Assembly (NCBI GenBank): GCA_043228905.1
Contig: JBHGNT010000018.1
Location: 2,294,001 to 2,358,000, forward strand
Length of the DNA: 64,000 nucleotides
Direction: 5' to 3'
Source of the DNA: Azolla caroliniana
Taxonomy: Eukaryota; Plantae; Polypodiophyta
Position 1 is the stretch's first letter. Each line of letters begins with the position of its first letter. Made by a program: the position numbers and the translations under genes. Under the pieces are notes generated by a model, which saw only the letters and a program-made list of their open reading frames with translations, searched no databases and was not told where the DNA came from. Shown one piece after another: positions 59,610 through 64,000 of this stretch.

Positions 59610-62598
59610 TGTCGAGCCCTTCGGCTCCGGATCATTGCGTGAGTCGGGTGGGAACCGCCGAGGTTTTGGACTAGGAGGAAGAGGAATACAACTTAAGGCT
59701 AGTTATGAATAATAGGAAGAGAAGTAAGATAGTAATCTCGTGAATCCCACGAGTTTAGTGTATTTTAAAACAATATTTAGATTATAAGAGTAATTTAGAT
59801 GGCAAAATTCGTGAATCCCACGAATATATTAGATTGATCAATTCTTCTATATTAATCAACACCCTTATACATATTTCTCTCCTCCTTATATAAAGATGGA
59901 AGAGGCTAAGCATGGCTTCATGCTTTTTCACCTAAAGTGCCCATGCATACTAAATGTGCATGTGATGCTTAGTCATTTCCTAAATATAGGGCTCATGCAC
60001 ACTAGATGTGCATGAGTCACTTTTAATGTCACGTGTAAATAAAATATTCACACTCTAAAGAATACATGATTTTTACCTTTTAATAAAGGTATGTGTAAAT
60101 AAAGGTCTTATACGTATTAAATCTATATTTATAATACTAAAGATAAGTTATTACAATGGTAAAGTTGGGGTTTATCTACGTGGAGGTGCATGGTTCGAAT
60201 CTTGCCCTATGCATGTGATAAATTCTTTTGATATATTATTTATTTATTTATATGTATCTAAAATCGGATATATTATTTTATGGTTTTCACGTAGTGTGTG
60301 GAATACACTACGACACTCGCCCCCTCCGAACCCGCACATCCTCCGGTATGTGCCGAAGTTGCCGATGCTCGTTGTCTCCCCTTCATCCTCCGTTGGTCCC
60401 GCTATGTCAACTTTGTCTCTCCATTTTGAGTAGACCCATTCTTTCCACCCGAACCATTGTCGCCATCCGATCCACCATATTCTTTGTTCTCTCTCGTCAT
60501 ATTCTTGGCCCTTGTCATTCGTGGTAGTGTCTTTTACTGGCCTCTTTCTTGTCTTCATCAACCTTGACTTTTTTCCGGATCGCTCTTGTCCGATCAACTT
60601 TCGGTTTGATCGGCTTCCGATCGGATTCGTATTCGGCCGAATCGGAATCGGTTGTTCGGTTTTGATTGAGTCGGTCTCCTTCCGGCCCGGTTTCGATCTA
60701 TCGCTTTCGGTTTCGGTTGGCTTTCTTTTCCTCGTTTTCACCAGCCTCGACCGGTCCAACCTCCGGTTGAGTCGGATTAGCTTCTTTCCGGATCGGTCTC
60801 GTCCGATCGGCTTTCGGCTAGGTCGGCTTCCATCCATATTCGCGTTCGGCCAAGTCAGACTCAGTCGACCGGTTTTGATCGAGTCGACCCCTTTTCGGGT
60901 CGGCTTTCTTTTGGGTTGTCTTTCGGCCGAATCCTCATTCGCTCGGTTCGGCTTTCTTTCGGTTCGTCTTTTGGCCGAATCGTCTTTTACCCGGTTCGGC
61001 TTTCTTTCGGATCGGAATCCCGTCCGGATCACCTTCCATCCGAACCAGCTTCCGACTTTACCTTTCTTGCCGCCACCTCCTATCTCTCCGATCTCACGTT
61101 GGTTCTCGAATACAACCGCCGAAGTCTCTAGAATTAGTGGACAGGAATCCATGGTATTATCGTCCTCCGTTGTTTCACCCATAGCCACCTCCTTGGCTAT
61201 CTCTCCTTCGTATGCTTCGGCTTCGACCTTCGTTTCGTTGCCGCCACTTTCCTTATCTTCGGTGTTATGTCGACACACGGGCTCGACTACCGAAGTCTCT
61301 GAAACAATGGTGAAGGAATCCCTTCGTTCGTGCTCATTTACTTTGTCTTCCTCGTCGTTTGTTGGCCTCGACTTTGGTTCGGTTTTAAGCTCCCCTTCAA
61401 TGTCGACTTGCGACTTTTCATGCATCTCCGAACCCTTCCGCATCAAGCTCTCCTTCAGTGGAAGTCGGTGGCCGCTTTTCACCCACTGTTGACCGCCGTT
61501 CGTGGACCATGTCCTCGTCTGCTTCGGTCTTAGATAGTCATATGCGTCTCGTATAGCTTCTTCAAAGGACTCCCATGTTGGATTTTGTTGCCGTATCTTG
61601 AAGATTCTTTCTTGTAACTCATCCGTGGCTACCCGACTGAAGGATATCACTTGCAATCCTTCCGGTATCCCACATCGCATCATCTCCGTCTTGTAGTCAT
61701 GTAGATAGCGTGACACATCCTTTCCGTCGAATTCCCCGTTTCTTTGCACAAGCCGCACTACTGCTGATTTCATCTCTGACATTGTGTGTTGCTCTTCTTG
61801 CATCCGCTTAATCATCATCATCATCATATTCATCGCTTCTTGTTGATTCTCCATCTCCTTACCACCCGCCTTCACGTCGGGTTCACCAACTGTGTCGAGC
61901 CCTTCGGCTCCGGATTGTTGCGTGAGTCGGGTGGGAACCGCCGAGGTTTTGGACTAGGAGGAAGAGGAATACAACTTAAGGCTAGTTATGAATAATAGGA
62001 AGAGAAGTAAGATAGTAATCTCGTGAATCCCACGAGTTTAGTGTATTTTAAAACAATATTTAGATTATAAGAGTAATTTAGATGGCAAAATTCGTGAATC
62101 CCACGAATATATTAGATTGATCAATTCTTCTATATTAATCAACACCCTTATACATATTTCTCTCCTCCTTATATAAAGATGGAAGAGGCTAAGCATGGCT
62201 TCATGCTTTTTCACCTAAAGTGCCCATGCATACTAAATGTGCATGTGATGCTTTGTCATTTCCTAAATATAGGGCTCATGCACACTAGATGTGCATGAGT
62301 CACTTTTAATGTCACGTGTAAATAAAATATTCACACTCTAAAGAATACATGATTTTTACCTTTTAATAAAGGTATGTGTAAATAAAGGTCTTATACGTAT
62401 TAAATCTATATTTATAATACTAAAGATAAGTTATTACAATGGTAAAGTTGGGGTTTATCTACGTGGAGGTGCATGGTTCGAATCTTGCCCTATGCACGTG
62501 ATAAATTCTTTTGATATATTATTTATTTATTTATATGTATCTAAAATCGGATATATTATTTTATGGTTTTCACGTAGTGTGTGGAATACACTACGACA
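59610..62598 (-). mobile_element. Young non-autonomous gag-only Trp-family element; 706-bp LTRs 59610-60315 and 61893-62598; 4-bp TSD gtgt/gcgt
   Basis: About four LTR differences. Perfect Trp PBS at 61871-61888. Splits the host frame TWQ|ALQEC. Confidence 0.93.
60244..61875 (-). CDS. Gag N-terminal domain fused to an acidic, then basic repetitive tail (543 aa)
   Basis: NGEFDGKDVSRYL..YKTEM..TWESFEE matches the family Gag. ERKPNR/RKP repeats. The ORF is open into the 3' LTR. Confidence 0.7.
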   Translation of the reverse strand: MKAGGKEMENQQEAMNMMMMMIKRMQEEQHTMSEMKSAVVRLVQRNGEFDGKDVSRYLHDYKTEMMRCGIPEGLQVISFSRVATDELQERIFKIRQQNPTWESFEEAIRDAYDYLRPKQTRTWSTNGGQQWVKSGHRLPLKESLMRKGSEMHEKSQVDIEGELKTEPKSRPTNDEEDKVNEHERRDSFTIVSETSVVEPVCRHNTEDKESGGNETKVEAEAYEGEIAKEVAMGETTEDDNTMDSCPLILETSAVVFENQREIGEIGGGGKKGKVGSWFGWKVIRTGFRSERKPNRVKDDSAKRRTERKPNRANEDSAERQPKRKPTRKGVDSIKTGRLSLTWPNANMDGSRPSRKPIGRDRSGKKLIRLNRRLDRSRLVKTRKRKPTETESDRSKPGRKETDSIKTEQPIPIRPNTNPIGSRSNRKLIGQERSGKKSRLMKTRKRPVKDTTTNDKGQEYDEREQRIWWIGWRQWFGWKEWVYSKWRDKVDIAGPTEDEGETTSIGNFGTYRRMCGFGGGECRSVFHTLRENHKIIYPILDTYK

Positions 62599-64000
62599 GC
62601 GTTGCAAGAATGCCAGATTACGTTGCCACTAGGAAGACTCCTACAACTCGTGCCAAGATTCACGGAAGGACTGAAGACGGCCATGACGGCAGGAGAACCA
62701 TCACTAGCACCGGTACTCTTCTCGAATCCGGAGGAGGGACCAACGGTGGTGGACACCAGCAGTCCGGTAATCATTGCCATTGTAAAAGGGAAAGAACTCC
62801 CCAGCACAGTTATAGACGGAGGCTCTGGGGTGAATGTAATAAGCCTCCGAACGTGTGATGCCCTAGGAATCCACGAGTGGGAGCCGTGTCCGTTCTGGTT
62901 GCGGATGGCCGATACAAGCTCAGTGCGGCCGACAGGATTAATACGGAAATTAGAAGTCACCGTCGGCGGTCATACATTTCACATCTCGGCAGTAGTGCTA
63001 CAATTACAGGCACAAGGCGCATACCCGCTATTGCTGGGGCGGGCATGGTTGAAAACGGCACATATCAAACAGAATTGGAGGAAAAATATAATTACCTTCC
63101 GGCGAGGAAAAGCCAAGGTACGGGTACCAACACAGCCAAGGACGAGCACTGGCAAGGAATGTACACCGTTGTATGTGGAATGCGTCAACATGCTAGAAGG
63201 GTTAGCTAACGAAGAAGAAGCTCAGTACTTGCAGGAAAACCCGAAGATCATACCCCTCTTCGAAATTGACATTGCCGAAGCAGTAGCACCATACTTACCG
63301 CAACCGGAAGAGGTTGAAGCAGAACCGGATAAAGACGCAATCCGGGAGTTACGGCAAGCGCAGGAAGCGTTGGAACGGGAAATGGCCGTTTCACAATGCG
63401 TAAAAGCGTCGCAACTGGAAGAGGTGAACCTAGGGACCACGAACGAAGCAAAACCGGTGCACATCGCCAAGGAGATGAAGTTCGAAGACAAAACGGCGAT
63501 GATCACACTTCTCACGGAATTTCGCGATGTGTTCGCCTGGTCATACGAAGACATGTGAGGACTCGACCCTCAGTTATACCAACATCAGGTGCACTTGAGC
63601 AAGGACGCAAAACCAATGGCACAAATACAGTACCGGATGAATCCCAATTATGCCGCCAAAGTCAAGGAGGAAATCGACAAACTACTAAGAGTTGGCTTTA
63701 TCCGTCCGGTAATGAAAGCAGTACCGAAGAAGAACAGAAAATTTCGAGTTTGTGTGGACTACCGGAAACTCAATGCAGCTACGGTAACGGATGCGTTTCC
63801 ACTTCCGTTCACAGATGGAGTGTTGGATGTCGTCGCCGGCCATGAGGTCTATAGTTTCCTAGACGGATTCAGCGGGTATAATCAGATCCGGATGCAGCCC
63901 GACGACCAAGAGAAAACGGCTTTCGTCACCGAATGGGGGGTGTTTGTGGCCGTGGTGATGATGTTCAGACTCAAAACGGCACCGGCAACATTTCAACGAA

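Larger units (their letters stand above)
57630..64000 (+). mobile_element. Tat-like gypsy (same family as 7878-12103): LTR 57630-~57990, gag, protease, RT start; runs off the window
   Basis: The TGTTACCC LTR shares aaccccttatggg and cccttgggagggggg with the 7878 element. Gag 57970-59609, PR TVIDGGSGVN (62599-63558), RT CVDYRKLN, FLDGFSGYNQI. Confidence 0.9.

Noticed and set aside
434-63558. Premature stops as RNA-editing or alternative-code signal
   Set aside because: The stops checked sit at CGA/CAG/TGG-equivalent codons and mostly differ between copies, as expected from 5mC deamination.

Overview
This window is eukaryotic, plant-type repetitive DNA. A non-seed land plant such as a bryophyte, lycophyte or fern is plausible from the element types, but that is inference. 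It is almost entirely a stack of nested retrotransposons, and I see no host gene. It holds two copies and one fragment of an RTE/RTE-X-like LINE. It also holds at least eight whole or partial members of one Ty3/gypsy family with TGTCG...CGACA LTRs and a tRNA-Trp PBS, two Tat-like gypsy elements (one scrambled), one chromodomain gypsy, and one young Tnt1/Tork-like Ty1/copia with an uninterrupted 1357-aa ORF. The centre is nested five LTR elements deep, on top of a LINE fragment. There are two main signals. (1) The Trp-primed gypsy family shows a coherent cis-signal set: a Gag-PR ORF ending at a G-GAU-UUU-UAG slippery site followed by a covarying pseudoknot (-1 frame into RT-RH-IN), a D-H-G protease motif, a covarying pre-PPT hairpin, and 4-bp target duplications centred on CpG. 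(2) The scrambled Tat-like element carries a 43-nt reverse-transcribed copy of its primer tRNA-Arg(UCU), with a substitution at the m1A58 position and an end at the wobble base. Coordinates and difference counts were read by eye and may be off by a few bases.
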